Made by a program: the position numbers and the translations under genes | Shown: in pieces, positions 62,550 to 64,000 of the stretch | How positions within the stretch are numbered: position 1 is the stretch's first letter | How the letters are laid out: each line of letters begins with the position of its first letter | Assembly (NCBI GenBank): GCA_965644295.1 | Contig: CBFFRP010000165.1 | Location: 14,176-78,175, forward strand | Direction of reading: 5' to 3' | Length of the DNA: 64,000 bases | Origin: Paraphysomonas bandaiensis | Lineage: Eukaryota; Protista; Chrysophyceae | Notes under the pieces: generated by a model | What the model saw: only the letters and a program-made list of their open reading frames with translations | What the model was told of the DNA's origin: nothing | Database searches by the model: none

Positions 62550-64000
62550 TTACAAGTTGGCCCTGCCACGACTTGTGTTTTGTAATATCATATTCTCATA
62601 TAGCTGCATTTGCCTCTCTTGAGATTGCAAACGCTCCAACCGAATAGCCTGGTTTTGGATACAATGCATACGCATAAAGCTATCTTCACCACTACTACTT
62701 ACACTAGTAGTATTAGTACCTATGCTCTGAGACGACGCGGCTACAGCCGTTGGGGGCGCAATACTAGTAGGTGGAGGATCATAAGCAGGTGGAGGATCAT
62801 CATTTTTTCTCATTAAAAGATCACGAAGTTCTGCTAGTCCGGACATCATTTCCTGACGAAGTTCAGCAACAGCGGGAGGTATCAGATCCGCTTTCTGCTG
62901 AGATTCGACGACCCCGTCACCATCTTCATGAACAGTACTACTGTCCCTGCTCGTGTGCTTTCGTGGTACCTCCGAGTCGTCGTTGGATATGTCGCCACGA
63001 ATTTCGACGACATTCTTCTTCCCTTTGTACTTCTCCTACACCATTATACTACACAGTTAGTACAGTGTATTATAGTAACAACGCACAACAATAATCAGAA
63101 CAATACCGCATATATACGTACGACGACCCCGTCACCATCTTCATGAACAGTACTACTTACCCTGCTCGTGCGCTTTCGTGGTACCTCCGAGTCGTCGTTG
63201 GATATGTCGCCACAAATTTCGACGACATTCTTCTTCCCATTGCACTACACACAGCAGTTAGTACATGTATAGTAACAGCACACAACAATAATCAGAACAA
63301 TACCGCATATATACGTACGACGACCCCGTCACCATCTTCATGAACAGTACTACTTACCCTGCTCGTGCGCTTTCGTGGTACCTCCGAGTCGTCGTTGGAT
63401 ATGTCGCCACGAATTTCGACGACATTCTTCTTCCCATTGCACTACACACAGCAGTTAGTACATGTATAGTAACAGCACACAACAATAATCAGAACAATAC
63501 CGCATATATACGTACGACGACCCCGTCACCATCTTCATGAGCAGTACTACTTACCCTGCTCGTGCGCTTTCGTGGTACCTCCGAGTCGTCGTTGGATATG
63601 TCGCCACGAATTTCGACGACATTCTTCTTCCCATTGCACTACACACAGCAGTTAGTACAGTGTATAGTAACAGCACACAACAATAATCAGAACATCACCG
63701 CTGCAACTTTCTTATCCTTTGTCGACTTCTTCGTAGAATTCTTCTTCCTCGTAGGCGGAGCAATGTCGAAAGTCTTTCGCTGCGTTCTAGTTCTCTTACC
63801 TGAAACTGTTCCGAATGGGTTTTCGGTCCCATCGACGCAGGGTTTTCCGGATTCATCCTTGTTAGGACCTCCACCGCGCGGATCGTACACAAGTCCCTGC
63901 TCATGAAAATACAATATCGCTGCATCACGCACAATGAAGGGATCAAATTCCTCGTCAAAGAGATAGTCATACTCATCGCGAAACTTCTTTACACCGGTCA
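62550..64000 (-). CDS. 3' part of an unknown gene; exons >64000-63699, 63638-63516, 63441-63319, 63244-63122, 63035-62550
   Basis: All introns are GT-AG, phase 0, with a CTAAC branch point; the spliced frame stays open to TAA at 62550. Confidence 0.7.
62906..63694. repeat. Tandem repeat, 4 copies (first spacing 215 bp, then 197 bp); unit = exon + intron
   Basis: Units begin CGACGACCCCGTCACC at 62906, 63121, 63318 and 63515. Confidence 0.95.

Overview
Gene-dense, intron-containing eukaryotic DNA (short GT-AG introns, mostly ~45-90 nt). The gene set (GSIII, bacterial-type glucokinase, CCT protein, PPR-TrmB fusion) suggests a stramenopile-like protist; this is an inference. 1-26 kb: DEAH helicase (DHX33-like), a YHYH + DUF4239/bestrophin-like membrane fusion protein, a FkbM-type methyltransferase, GlcNAc-1-phosphotransferase (GNPTAB/Stealth), an alpha/beta hydrolase, a PX-WW-J-domain protein and a tail-anchored glucokinase. 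26-47 kb: a rearranged, repeat-rich island with two inverted copies of a CCT-domain gene, three near-identical intronless GSIII genes, a 38-bp tandem array between two divergent orphan ORFs (one HEPN-like), a hAT-type MITE and other dispersed repeats. 47-56 kb: a large hypothetical gene, a PPR-TrmB gene and a GAF-domain gene. 57-64 kb: a divergent Ty3/Gypsy-like gag-pol cut off inside RT by an opposite-strand gene that carries tandemly duplicated exon+intron units. Two kb-scale (TATG)n tracts each sit between head-to-head genes. All domain calls are by-eye motif recognition, and gene models and exon boundaries are approximate.
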